Origin: Methanobacteriota archaeon
GTDB taxonomy: Archaea > Halobacteriota > Bog-38 > Methanoflorentales > Methanoflorentaceae
Assembly (NCBI GenBank): GCA_963719035.1
Contig: CAVRAO010000012.1
Coordinates: 1 to 64,000 of the forward strand
DNA: 64,000 nt
Direction of reading: 5' to 3'
Part shown: positions 39,608 through 49,641 of the stretch, piece by piece
How the letters are laid out: every line of letters starts with the position of its first letter
Position numbering within the stretch: the stretch's first letter is position 1
Program-made: the position numbers and the translations under genes
Notes under the pieces: generated by a model
What the model was told of the DNA's origin: nothing
Database searches by the model: none
Seen by the model: the letters and a program-made list of their open reading frames with translations, nothing else

Positions 39608-40792
39608 CTAGGTGGTCGAACGTTGCAAGCTGTAGATGTAGCCGTCAGAAGCACAGAAATAGAGCCCGTCCTTTTGGTCGAGGCCAAAGGACGTAATACG
39701 AACGCCCGTAGCCGCAAGCTCACTGTTGGTGCTGTTCATACCGTCATACCGCAGCGCCCAAATCCGACCTGATCCATAATCTCCGAAGACGTAGGAGCCC
39801 ACTAGCTCAGGGAACGCGGCACCTCGATAAACGAAGCCTCCGGTAACGGAATATCCAAGGGTGCGATTATAGTCCCAGATTGGGAGAGCGAGGCCCGTTT
39901 GATTGCATCCTGACTGAGGAGAATAACAGAGGTTCCCTTCCATAATGTTCCAGCCGTAATTACCGCCACTCTTAACGATATCGATCTCTTCTATCCTATC
40001 TTGACCGACATCTCCAACCCACAGCCGACCTGTCAGTGAATCAAAGCTAAACCGCCACGGATTACGCAAGCCATAGGCGTAAATTTCCTCACGGAACCCT
40101 TGGCTGTTTCCAACGAAAGGATTGTCACGGGGGATGCTGTAGTTTAAGCTGCCAGACGCAGAATTAACGTCGATACGTAAGATCTTGCCAAGCAGCGTCG
40201 AACGATTTTGCCCGTTGCCTGAAGGATCGCCCGCGCCACCACCATCGCCCAACCCGATATAGAGGTACCCGTCTGGTCCAAAAGATATTTGTCCGCCGTT
40301 GTGGTTGGGGAAGGGCTGCTCGACTTGCAGTAAAACCTTTTCGCTGTTTACGTCTGCTTGGTTACCGTTGATTTGGGAAACAGAGAAACGCGAGACGACA
40401 GAGCGTAGCGGATTGTTAGTTGTGTAATACACGTAAAAAAAGCCGCTCTCGTTAAATTGTCGGGGAAACGCCAAGCCCAAAAGGCCAAGCTCTCCGCCGG
40501 AAGTAACACGATCGCTGATGTTTAGAAAGGTACTCGCAGCGTTCGCGCTCTCGTTGTTTTTAAATACCTTTATCACGCCAGCCTGTTCGACGACGAAAAG
40601 CCTATCACTCCGGTCTCCTGCGTTGTAGATCCCAACGGGGTCTCGGAACTGAACGTTGGGAAAGGCGACTTTAACAGTGTACTGATGTGGCGTTTCAGAG
40701 GTTGGAGAGTTCAGAAGGCCTTGGAATACAGAAACGCCTACGATTAAGGCAATTAATGCGATAACGATGAGGGCAGCAATTTTTCGCTTCAT
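39608..40792 (-). CDS. Glucose/sorbosone (PQQ-type) dehydrogenase beta-propeller, exported
   Basis: GELGLLGLAF, NHNGG.I.FGPDG.LY, GLRNPWR and GGNYGW motifs. Confidence 0.9.
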   Translation of the reverse strand: MKRKIAALIVIALIALIVGVSVFQGLLNSPTSETPHQYTVKVAFPNVQFRDPVGIYNAGDRSDRLFVVEQAGVIKVFKNNESANAASTFLNISDRVTSGGELGLLGLAFPRQFNESGFFYVYYTTNNPLRSVVSRFSVSQINGNQADVNSEKVLLQVEQPFPNHNGGQISFGPDGYLYIGLGDGGGAGDPSGNGQNRSTLLGKILRIDVNSASGSLNYSIPRDNPFVGNSQGFREEIYAYGLRNPWRFSFDSLTGRLWVGDVGQDRIEEIDIVKSGGNYGWNIMEGNLCYSPQSGCNQTGLALPIWDYNRTLGYSVTGGFVYRGAAFPELVGSYVFGDYGSGRIWALRYDGMNSTNSELAATGVRITSFGLDQKDGLYFCASDGYIYSLQRSTT

Positions 40793-41016
40793 TTGAAACG
40801 CCCAACGTCCATTTGTGATTGATCCCGTTCCATTACCAATCGCTTTGAAGCTCTAAATATATTAGTCTAACGGTACAGACGCTCATGTCCAAATTATCTT
40901 ACCGGCGTCTGCGCTGCGTTATTCGCGCGTTTTTAACAGCTTTAAGGCCGTAAGGGGGGGTGTACAGGGAGTTAGCTCTAAATAGGTTCAACCCTTTTTA
41001 TAACAGAGGTATGTGT

Positions 41017-41256
41017 ATGGTTGTCGGAGTTACGCTCGTAAACGTCGTTCCGGGCTTCGAGCGAAGCGTTTTTGACGCGCTCAAGACGATGTCAAGGATC
41101 AGAGAACTTTATCACGTTTTTGGGGAGTACGATTTTTTGGTAATTTTAGAGGTAGAAAGCCTTCCGGTGCTTAGCAAAACGGTTGATGAGATAAGAGCTG
41201 TGGAAGGCGTTACAACCACTCATACCGTCGTTGGCGCGGAACTCCCAGACTCTTAA
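41017..41256 (+). CDS. Stand-alone Lrp/AsnC ligand-binding (RAM) domain
   Basis: VFGEYD and IR..EGV..T.T motifs. Confidence 0.85.
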   Translation: MVVGVTLVNVVPGFERSVFDALKTMSRIRELYHVFGEYDFLVILEVESLPVLSKTVDEIRAVEGVTTTHTVVGAELPDS

Positions 41257-41555
41257 CGGACGCTCTTACGTCTGTTGATCCGGTCGAACAACTTAGATAC
41301 TTTCGAATGGACGTATTAACGACCCTTAAGGTCCAAACGAATCAACAGCGTGAAGTCTAGCCCCTCTTAAAGGCAACGTGCTTAAATTTATTGTCAGTCG
41401 TTAATTTCTCGGAACAAGCTGCTTGTCATCAGAACTTAAATAGTTAAATACAAAACAAATCCAAGATGAGAGGATGATGAGCGAAATAACAAGTCCTGGA
41501 CGATTCTGCACAGGGTGCGTACGCTTCAGGTATTCGTAGATAGACGCACTAAAAA

Positions 41556-42284
41556 ATGATCCAACAAGCATTCGGTGCAGGCTTTTTGGCCGCCTCCGCA
41601 CTCCTTCTTGGCAGCCTCATCGTCATACTGCGACCTGTCAAAACACGCACGATCGGCCTAATCATGGCTTTTGGATCAGGGGCTTTGATCAGTTCGGTGG
41701 CTTATGAACTAGTGGCGGAAGCTTACACGACGGCACCCGGCGAGCCAGTAGTGGGATTAGCGTTTTTCCTGGGCGCCTTTACCTTTTATATTGGCGATAT
41801 ACTGATCGAACGCATAGGGGGGGCCAAACGCAAGAGCGCACATGGCGAACAAAGCGAAGCGTCTCTCGGGATCTTGTTGGGGTCGATCTTAGATGGTATC
41901 CCTGAATCATTTGTCCTCGGAATCTCACTTATTGGTGGGGGGGCCCTCAGTCTAGCGTTCTTCGCCGGCGTGTTCTTATCCAACTTGCCGGAAGGGTTAT
42001 CAAGCACTGCTGGCCTTCTAAAGGCGGGATACGACCGCAAATGGATTCTGACGTTGTGGGCCATCATCGTTGTGATCTCAGCGTTCTCAGCGGCGCTCGG
42101 TTATGCGATTTTGAGCGATGTATCCCCATTTGCCGGCGCGGCGCTGCTGACTTTTGCTGGCGGTGCCATTCTTACAATGCTTGCTGATTCTATGATGCCT
42201 GAAGCGTTTAAGGACACCGGTAAACTCGCAGGGCTGTTAACTGCGCTCGGGTTTGCTGTGATCTTCGTTCTAGGGGTTGCTTAG
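41556..42284 (+). CDS. ZIP (GufA-like) metal transporter
   Basis: LDGIPES, SNLPEG and MMPEA motifs. Confidence 0.85.
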   Translation: MIQQAFGAGFLAASALLLGSLIVILRPVKTRTIGLIMAFGSGALISSVAYELVAEAYTTAPGEPVVGLAFFLGAFTFYIGDILIERIGGAKRKSAHGEQSEASLGILLGSILDGIPESFVLGISLIGGGALSLAFFAGVFLSNLPEGLSSTAGLLKAGYDRKWILTLWAIIVVISAFSAALGYAILSDVSPFAGAALLTFAGGAILTMLADSMMPEAFKDTGKLAGLLTALGFAVIFVLGVA

Positions 42285-42459
42285 GTAGTTTTAGAGTCAG
42301 CGAGGGGGACTTTGAAGCTAGCCTTCTGTTAATGCGTAATGTAAAGGGCGTTTTTGCTGCTGTGCAAACGCGAAGCTCGCAGAGAATTCGGAGATACTAA
42401 ATAGTTACTCCAAACAAGAATATCGCAAGCAATCACCCCCAAACGATCAATAAGCCACT

Positions 42460-42892
42460 ATGTTGAAACAAGTGGACGACAAGAAAAAGATACTCTTCTT
42501 ATGCACCCATAATGCCGCACGCTCGCAGATCGCCGAGGCGTTTATCACTGCACGGTTGGAGGATCGATTTGTAGCACGCAGCGCGGGAAGTGAACCGACT
42601 GAGGTGCATCCATGCGCCGTCGAAGTGATGGTCGAACTTGGCATCGACTTGTCGAGACAACGTGCGAAATCATTGAACGAGTCTGATGACATACCCTTTG
42701 ACTATGTTGTTACCATATGTGCTGACGCCGCGGAGAACTGCCAAATTTTTCCGGGTGGAGCGACTTACATCCACCATCCCTTCGATGATCCGGAAGTGGT
42801 TGCGGAATCAGGCGCCGAGCACGTGCGCCTTTCAGATACGTGCGTGCCGAATCGGAGAGTGGATCGAGGCTACATTTTCTCAAAATCCGTAA
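42460..42892 (+). pseudogene. arsC: Arsenate reductase (LMW-PTP fold) with frameshifted C-terminus
   Basis: CTHNAARSQIAE, SAG and FDDP motifs; the final helix (F.....IGEWI) lies in another frame. Confidence 0.75.
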
Positions 42893-43055
42893 GCCTCTAG
42901 CAATATTAGTCGAATATGATTTAACGAAAAGAACACAGAGCTAGTTTGAGTGTTGTCGTTTAGCTGCGCACGTCTCCAACAAACGCGTATTCGCGGCCGG
43001 TAGAAAAAAGAAAAAAGTGCCAATCCAAATTTATCAAACCGGCTGTGCGTCTCTT

Positions 43056-43358
43056 CTAATCTAACGCAGTCAAACCCGTTATGCGTCGCAGCTGAGCATG
43101 ACTATCCGCGATAGTGGCCTCTAGCTGCTGGTGCGTCGTGTCCGCTAGCTCTAAGATGTGCTTTGCCTCTCCCTGTTTCAAGCTAGCCTCGAATATGACT
43201 GCGGCGTGTTGCCCGCCGTCAAGCGATTTAATCTCATCCTTGAGCATTTTGGCCGTCCGCTCCGCGTTGCCGATTTCAGTTTTCTTGTTGGCGACATTAT
43301 TCGTACTGACAGCGACGCGGCCTGCCTCGTCTTGTTCTGTTTTTGTTTTTTCTTCCAT
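43056..43358 (-). CDS. Hypothetical coiled-coil protein
   Basis: Helical, charged translation from MEEKTK. Confidence 0.5.
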   Translation of the reverse strand: MEEKTKTEQDEAGRVAVSTNNVANKKTEIGNAERTAKMLKDEIKSLDGGQHAAVIFEASLKQGEAKHILELADTTHQQLEATIADSHAQLRRITGLTALD

Positions 43359-43625
43359 CAAAGGTACAACGACGGGTGATAGCTTATAGCTGCGCAGGTT
43401 CAATACGTCGAAAAAGGAGGGAGTCCAAAACTGTCTGAGCGCATGCGCTGCGCGCTACTATATTGAGATAAAAGTCGTTCCTGTAGGCGCCTCAGTTTCG
43501 TATTTGTGGCGTGGAGAATGAGACGCCCCGCCGTTACGTGTGACACAAAGGCACTGTCACGCTTTTCCACACAATCCCGGTCTCACGCGGCCTTATGAAA
43601 CTACTCCGTGTAGTCCTGATTGGAG

Positions 43626-43799
43626 ATGAACGTGATGGCAACGAATGCAACGACCATAAAAAACGGGGCCTGCTGGTATGGCCCCCATTTCGGCTGCTTG
43701 AACACCACAAACGATCCGAACTGCACCAAGTGCGCAGAGCGTCTCGCCCACGCCGTGGACAGCGAACGTCACCCCGGCATAGCAGCGCTAACTGAGTGA
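43626..43799 (+). CDS. 57-aa Cys4 peptide (absent from the ORF track)
   Basis: MNVMATNATTIKNGACWYGPHFGCLNTTNDPNCTKCAERLAHAVDSERHPGIAALTE; stop overlaps the next start (TGATG). Confidence 0.5.
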   Translation: MNVMATNATTIKNGACWYGPHFGCLNTTNDPNCTKCAERLAHAVDSERHPGIAALTE

Positions 43800-44113
43800 T
43801 GGCAAACAAGCAATCAAAAAAGGTTTTGGGCGCGGGTACAGCGCAGAGAGCTGATAGCGTTTGTGATCAAAACAAGGCACGTCTGTGGCTGAGCGATTTC
43901 CGCAAGTTTGCAGAGCAATATGGAGACATCATAGGCTGGGATGCCACGAACCGCAAATATGTCTTGGCGCACGGTATCACGGGAATTGATTGGGAGCACT
44001 ACAAGCATCCGTTGCTGGAACACGTCTATGACGTGTATATAAAGTGCTGGAAAAAAGTAGTGTTCACACGTGAGACGAAAAAGGTCAAGCACCGGTTGTT
44101 GGCGCTTAATTAG
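43799..44113 (+). CDS. Hypothetical protein
   Basis: Coupled to the upstream ORF; 5' end contains a dispersed 36-bp repeat. Confidence 0.5.
   Translation: MANKQSKKVLGAGTAQRADSVCDQNKARLWLSDFRKFAEQYGDIIGWDATNRKYVLAHGITGIDWEHYKHPLLEHVYDVYIKCWKKVVFTRETKKVKHRLLALN
43826..43861 (+). repeat. 36-bp exact dispersed repeat, copy 1 (copy 2 at 49713-49748)
   Basis: TTGGGCGCGGGTACAGCGCAGAGAGCTGATAGCGTT with similar flanks. Confidence 0.9.
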
Positions 44114-44199
44114 ACAGTCCATCAAACAATTCGGTTGAATGAGGATTACGTTACATCAAGCGTTTGCTTTTACACGGGACGTTCAGTGTGCAGACTAGG

Positions 44200-44571
44200 C
44201 TAGAACCGCGAAAATCCTGAGCTGAGTTCGTGCACGACGACGGTCGACCCACCCGTCGTCTGGGAGAGTCGCATCTTTTCCAACAGACTCTGACTTGGCT
44301 TGCCGTAGATGTCGATTTGAGACAGATTGATGAGCTCTTGCGGGAAAGCGGATCCTGTCATTTCCATGTGCAACTCCACTGATGCGGAATTGGGGTGTAC
44401 CTGGATGACTGTCAGTTGCGTGCCGCCTTCGTTGAGGTATGCGTTATAGGCGCTCATCTGAGGCTCTTTTGCCTTGACTAACTCGACCAAATTGTTCATT
44501 ACCGCCTTGAGCTCCTCGAGCTTTCCCTCACGGATTTCAGAGCAGCCTACGATCACTATATTCTCTGACAT
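44200..44571 (-). CDS. ABM-like dimeric alpha/beta-barrel protein
   Basis: EGKLEE.K...LVE.V...EP...Y and H...S...H pattern. Confidence 0.7.
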   Translation of the reverse strand: MSENIVIVGCSEIREGKLEELKAVMNNLVELVKAKEPQMSAYNAYLNEGGTQLTVIQVHPNSASVELHMEMTGSAFPQELINLSQIDIYGKPSQSLLEKMRLSQTTGGSTVVVHELSSGFSRF

Positions 44572-44804
44572 GTTATCACTCCTTTAACGGACATTCACGC
44601 TGGATGATGCGAAAAGCCTTCTCCTGTTTATCCAAGACCATAACAACGTTTAGAAGTAGACTGAAGAACAGACCCGCGGATACTCCTTCTATTGCGTGCT
44701 CATCTTTCTCATCGTTCGCCTTTTTCACTATTTCAAAACCAATCGTGTCGCAGAAACGGTTATACGTGGAAGTGTCCGCTTCAACTTGTGGAGGTAGGTA
44801 AAAT

Positions 44805-45010
44805 ATGGGCGATATAGACATAGACGACTTAAAAAAGTATTGGAAGCGTTGAGTAACAGGAACGCACTGCACGATGGTGATGTTATAGAGGTAGCCAAAG
44901 AAGGCGAACAAGAACCAACCAGGGTAGCGATTTCTGTAATTGATAATGAAGTGGAGTGTAACCAATGTGGTCCGCCGACGCCGCGCAAAAACAAGCAGCA
45001 AAGCCATTAA
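44805..45010 (+). CDS. Small CxxC protein interrupted at A_AAA_AAG (needs a -1 shift)
   Basis: RBS GGAGGT; MGDIDIDDLKK then VLEALSNRNALHDGDVIEV...CNQCGPP in the -1 frame. Confidence 0.55.
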
Positions 45011-45099
45011 GCCGCTGGGTGATAAGCGCGTGTTAGCCCTATACGCACACGCTAGTGTTTGGAATGACAAATTGCATTATTAGGACACAAGGAGAACAC

Positions 45100-45702
45100 A
45101 TGATAACAAGCGCTTTTTCACTATTATCGATTGGCGGGGTGGCTATCGCTACTGGGGTTGTGGGTCTATTGGCGTTGGTCACCATCGTCTTGTTCTTTTC
45201 TATTGGTCAACCCTTCGGCACAATTAATGATTATTGCATTGGTCTGACGGCAATCTTGAGCATGGTTTTAGTTTGGATGTTATATCCCGAACATCATGCG
45301 CAGTCGCCGATCTTAAGCCAGGTTTTGCTTATTGTTGCATTGATCGGCGCGATAGTTGTTGTTATTGGTGCAGCACTTACCATCTCAGGAAAAACTGGCT
45401 TTTACCTGTCAGGCATGTATATGGCTGCTGGAAACGCCTTGATTGGATTGTGGCTATTAGGACTAAACTACTCTGCTCTGAGAGGCGATCCTTGGCCGCA
45501 CAGTCTGACCATATTGGGGCTTGTTAGTGGTGTGTTCTTGGCACTCGGCCTGGTGGCCATTCTTGGGATAATCCGCGGCATTGATACAAAAGAGTACGTA
45601 TTTTCTACATACAATGGTATTTGGGGGACAAGCTTTCTTGGATCACTTGTTCTTTATCCCATCTGGTGCATTCTCTTAGGACGCTATCTCTTGCTAAGTT
45701 AA
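45100..45702 (+). CDS. Hypothetical multi-TM membrane protein
   Basis: RBS AAGGAG; about six TM helices; FG.IND and YPIW motifs. Confidence 0.75.
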   Translation: MITSAFSLLSIGGVAIATGVVGLLALVTIVLFFSIGQPFGTINDYCIGLTAILSMVLVWMLYPEHHAQSPILSQVLLIVALIGAIVVVIGAALTISGKTGFYLSGMYMAAGNALIGLWLLGLNYSALRGDPWPHSLTILGLVSGVFLALGLVAILGIIRGIDTKEYVFSTYNGIWGTSFLGSLVLYPIWCILLGRYLLLS

Positions 45703-45994
45703 ATTGACGAGAGATTGTATAGCAATCAGGTGCAGGTATACAATCCTATGCTTAAGCCACAAAAAAAAGAATATTTTGAGTTATTTGGCGCCATAAAAAA
45801 GGGTTTTGAGAGTTTTGCGAGGCGATATAGTGGGATGGAATGGATCCAATCGAGCGTATATTCCGACCCACGGTGCGAGGCATCGAGTGGAGTAATTATC
45901 GGCATCCCTTGCCCGAGCACGTGTATGCTGTGTATATGCAATATTGGAGAGCCGTGCAGTTCGATCTGTGATTACATTGCGTGATGGGCAAAAC

Positions 45995-46095
45995 GTAGTC
46001 AAAGTGGGATGGAAAGCGGAACCCGGCCAGTATCCCCAGACGGATTTGCTCACGTGTGCGATCACCGCCGAGCGGGCAGGCTTCGACTACTTTTG
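45995..46095 (+). pseudogene. N-terminal relic of an F420-dependent LLM oxidoreductase
   Basis: KVGWKA..GQYP..DLL..AI.AERAGFD, then truncated. Confidence 0.55.
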
Positions 46096-46114
46096 TCGGC
46101 TGTTCGCCGGCGAG

Positions 46115-46367
46115 TTGAAAAAAAATCGAAAACTTCTATTAGCTCTTGTTGTTTAGTTGCTGTTTGGATCTGGGGAGAACAATACGGTATTTAGTAGTTA
46201 ATTCGATACTGGGCCTCATCGTACTAGCTTTGGCGAAATTCCTTGGACTCCCAGTGCCCATAAATTGGATCACTGTACTTATTTGTGCACTGGCGGGTAT
46301 CCCTGGAGCTTTGCTCGTGATACTATTATACTGGCTCGGCATCGTCATCCCCATCATCATCCCGTAA
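46115..46367 (+). pseudogene. BofA-like small membrane protein with frameshifted N-terminus
   Basis: NSILGLIVL...PINWITVLICALAGIPG motif. Confidence 0.65.
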
Positions 46368-46452
46368 ATAAAAAGCAGATTTTAGGGGCAAAATGCATTC
46401 CTTGCGTTGCCAGACCCATTAGTCCCTTGCGAACTATCCGCACCTAGAATTT

Positions 46453-47481
46453 CTACTTCCCCAGTCGATAAGCGTAGTTCATGTAAGTTGATAAATCCCA
46501 TGAAAGCACCAGAGAAGGCTCCACATAACAATGAAGGCTACACTCTACGCAGTCCCGTGTTCCCTTCCAGTCAAATCCGCTGATCGCCGATTTTATACCA
46601 GTTTCTAAAACCGAAGCGCTAGCCGTGTATTCGTTGCGAACATAACAAGGCAGCACCAATTTTCCATACGGGTCGACGTTAATTACCGCCCAGGGCTTAC
46701 ACCTCCATCTCTTCTCATGAGCTATCACTTTAAAATAATTAATCGAATTAACGAGCGGGTAGCCTTTTTTCTTCATATCAACGAGTTTCCTAGCTATCTC
46801 TGCGACTTCGTGAGCGTTGAGTGCAGACGCCTCGGCGTCGGAGTACGCATGAGCAACGGAGACGGATATTCCGGCACCCAACTCCTTTGCCAACCGCACC
46901 ATGTCCTCTATCTCATTCAGGTTCTCCTCCACGATCGTCGTGTTGATTGTCACAGGACCCCGCTGTGTGGCCGCAGCTACACCCCGTATAGCTTCTTTGA
47001 AGCACCCGTTAACGCCCCTGATCTCATTATGGGTCTTCTCCAAGCCGTCTAGCGAAACATAGACGACGCCGTTGATGTATGGTGTAATTTCATCTATCCT
47101 TGATTCGAGGAGAGTGCCATTGGTTATGAGACTCGTGTGCAGCGGCAGAGAACGAGAATAAGCAAGAATCTCGACCAAGTCTTTTCTAAGCAGCGGCTCT
47201 CCGCCTTCAAACGCTATCGCACAAACACCAGAATCATAGATCTGCCTTAGAATCGCTTTTTCTTTCTCCAGAATCAAATCTTGGCTGGATCGTTTCCAGA
47301 AGGGGCACATCTTACACCTGAGGTTGCAGTTGTACGTGAGCTTGTGTCCGCAGAACAGCGGAGCCCTTACTCCCAGCGAGTTAGAGATGAGCCCTCGATA
47401 TATCCTCAGACCTAGTCGCAACGTTTCCCTGTAGGCGCTTGCGTGATTTTCTGTGTTAGTATACTTGGTTGCCCGTCTCAT
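46453..47481 (-). CDS. Radical SAM protein (PTO1314-like)
   Basis: GHKLTYNCNLRCKMC, GGEP, VSLDG and C-terminal Cys cluster. Confidence 0.88.
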   Translation of the reverse strand: MRRATKYTNTENHASAYRETLRLGLRIYRGLISNSLGVRAPLFCGHKLTYNCNLRCKMCPFWKRSSQDLILEKEKAILRQIYDSGVCAIAFEGGEPLLRKDLVEILAYSRSLPLHTSLITNGTLLESRIDEITPYINGVVYVSLDGLEKTHNEIRGVNGCFKEAIRGVAAATQRGPVTINTTIVEENLNEIEDMVRLAKELGAGISVSVAHAYSDAEASALNAHEVAEIARKLVDMKKKGYPLVNSINYFKVIAHEKRWRCKPWAVINVDPYGKLVLPCYVRNEYTASASVLETGIKSAISGFDWKGTRDCVECSLHCYVEPSLVLSWDLSTYMNYAYRLGK

Positions 47482-47921
47482 TTTCTAGGTCATTTGTGTT
47501 TGTGGATCTATAGAATAAAAACAAAAGCGAACGGCGACTTAAAAATTTCTATTCTATGCGAACGAATTTGTGCAACATCTATTGCATATATTACAGCTCA
47601 TTCTTGGCCTTATTTGCGCTTAATAGTAAGTCTGTACAAACGACATGATAGTTGAATCTTATATTTCGCGCAGAACGCGAAAGAATACAAAATCTTTTTT
47701 TGAGAAGTCGCTAAGCACGCAGCACTAACCGTTATTTTGAGGCCCATGTACGTTAGCCGCATTAAGGTAATATCCGTTCTCAAAGTGATAATGTGTGCTT
47801 GACTATATGGGTTAAAATCCCGTCAAGCCGTTGGTTTGTCAGAAAAGTGTATGAGGGTCTAAACACTCTTTTAAATGTGGTGGCTCGTATTAACTGCAAT
47901 AACATAACTGGAGGGACGAAC

Positions 47922-48074
47922 TTGATCGAAAGCGACTTTGAAGAGCTGAAAAAACGAGTTGAACAGCTTGAGGCGTGTTGTAGAGAATTGCGGGAGAAAA
48001 TACGTCCTGAAAAACTAGTGCCAGATATCTACGAATTTGACGATGAGTTGGCCCGGCTCAAAGGCCGCCTTTAA
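47922..48074 (+). CDS. 50-aa coiled-coil protein with CC
   Basis: RBS GGAGGG before TTG; ELKKRVEQLEACC. Confidence 0.55.
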   Translation: MIESDFEELKKRVEQLEACCRELREKIRPEKLVPDIYEFDDELARLKGRL

Positions 48075-48110
48075 GGTTTATTTGACATGGCACTTTTTTG
48101 AAAGTGAGAT

Positions 48111-48767
48111 TAGCCCGAATGATAAGAACGGTACAAGCACCGCTATTCCACACCAGCGTACGCTTTGACAGGCGCCTAGTGAACACACCACCCTGATCAA
48201 GCACAGCGCTTCATGCTTTCTTCAAACAACGTTACCACTGAGACATCAGTCCTTTGATAATTCCTCACAGACGAATTTGGTTTCTCATTGAAAGTGCTAT
48301 ACGCGAAATTGCTCAGAGGAAAGCTTCACCATATAGTCGGCAGTAGAATCCGACTACTCGCTGCTGGAAACATAATTGCCAACTAGTAATTTGTCATGCT
48401 GTCCTTATTTTTGACCAAGACTGCAAGTGGATTATGCGCGTTTCCACGTGTTTCTTAACGCGTAGTTATAGAGCTTGGTTCGAGAGTGGCGTTAACAAAA
48501 AGGCGCTTTTTTTAACAGCGTGTTATGAATCGCACGTTTGTCTCACCTGAAAGTAGCGAATCGAACATATGATGAGCTGAGCTGCGAGCGTAATCGGGGA
48601 CAAAGGTGGACTCGGCTAAGGTAGGAATGGCGATAGTCGTTGTGCTGAGCTGCGGTTTTTCGACGATTGCCCTCGCAAGAGTTAACGGGTCGCGCCATCA
48701 AGGGAGTGCTCCCGCGTCCGTCAAGGTTTACGGTGCCCCTAACGATAGCCGTTTGATTCGAGGGCTA
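48111..48767 (+). ncRNA. Candidate large (~655 nt) structured ncRNA
   Basis: 5'-3' collinear closing helices, nested domains and a GCAA tetraloop; no ORF of 60 aa or more in any frame. Confidence 0.55.
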
Positions 48768-49196
48768 CTTCGGCATTAACACGGCGTCAATGATGTGAAC
48801 GACCCCGTTAGTGCACTCAAGGTTGGCTTCTTTAACCGCAGCATCGTTTATCTTGATCCCGTGCCGCAACCAATGATGTTCGTGAACCTCGAGCATATCA
48901 CCTTGGACAGTAAGAAGAGTCTGCTGCTTGGCCAAATCAGCCGCAAAGTGCTTGCCGGCCACCACGTGATACGTAAGAACGCTCGTCAGCTGTTCCTTGT
49001 CTTTGAGCAAACTGTCAAGTGTGCCAGCTGGAACATTACTGAATGCCTCATTATCAGGAGCAAAGATCGTCAAGGGGCTTTGCCCTTTGAGCGTTTCTAC
49101 CAGATCAGCTGCAATCGCTGCCTTTAAAAAAGTGGATAAATCATCAGCTTGCGTTACTAAGGTCGCAATATCTACATTGAACTTCAATTTAGTCAC
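48765..49196 (-). CDS. Fasciclin (FAS1) domain protein
   Basis: TIFAPDNEAF, LTYHVV and NGVVHIIDAVL motifs. Confidence 0.92.
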   Translation of the reverse strand: MTKLKFNVDIATLVTQADDLSTFLKAAIAADLVETLKGQSPLTIFAPDNEAFSNVPAGTLDSLLKDKEQLTSVLTYHVVAGKHFAADLAKQQTLLTVQGDMLEVHEHHWLRHGIKINDAAVKEANLECTNGVVHIIDAVLMPK

Positions 49197-49641
49197 CTGC
49201 TTTACGATTTGGCTTAAAGCCGTTTCTTTTTGGACAGTTATGATAGTTTAAGTTATCGCGCTGTACGCGCGAATAAGCGTAAAAGCTCAAGCTTTTAAAT
49301 AGGCTCCTTATCGCGACGGAGCTCCGAGGGAAGTCCCCGTTCTGTCTGCAGCAACGTCTCTAGATTCGCGACCTTTTGCTATAAGAGTAGTTCGATCTTG
49401 TCTTGCAGGCCTATGGCGACCACGTCCCTCGAATTCTTCGCCAGCTGCGGCTTTTCTGTAAACGAACGGTTGCACTCATTTGCTCCGCAAAAAGAAAACG
49501 TATAAGATTATTCGAGCTAAAATAATCGCACTTAAGTGAAAAAGTGCGGCGTGTGGGCAAGTCAAAAAGTACTACGTTGAATGCCAACTATGCGGCGTAC
49601 GGGTAACGCGCCAGAATTCCTAGAGCGGCGAGGGGGATACT

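Noticed and set aside
44576-45070. 164-aa minus-strand ORF
   Set aside because: No RBS or motif; its 5' half is antisense to the RBS-supported 44805 gene; its 3' half is unresolved
48316-48615. RNase P RNA (GAGGAAAG... and ACAAAGGTGG resemble CR-I and CR-V)
   Set aside because: The P4 register is non-canonical, I could not place CR-II, CR-III or CR-IV, and a competing collinear pairing exists; a cmscan would settle it
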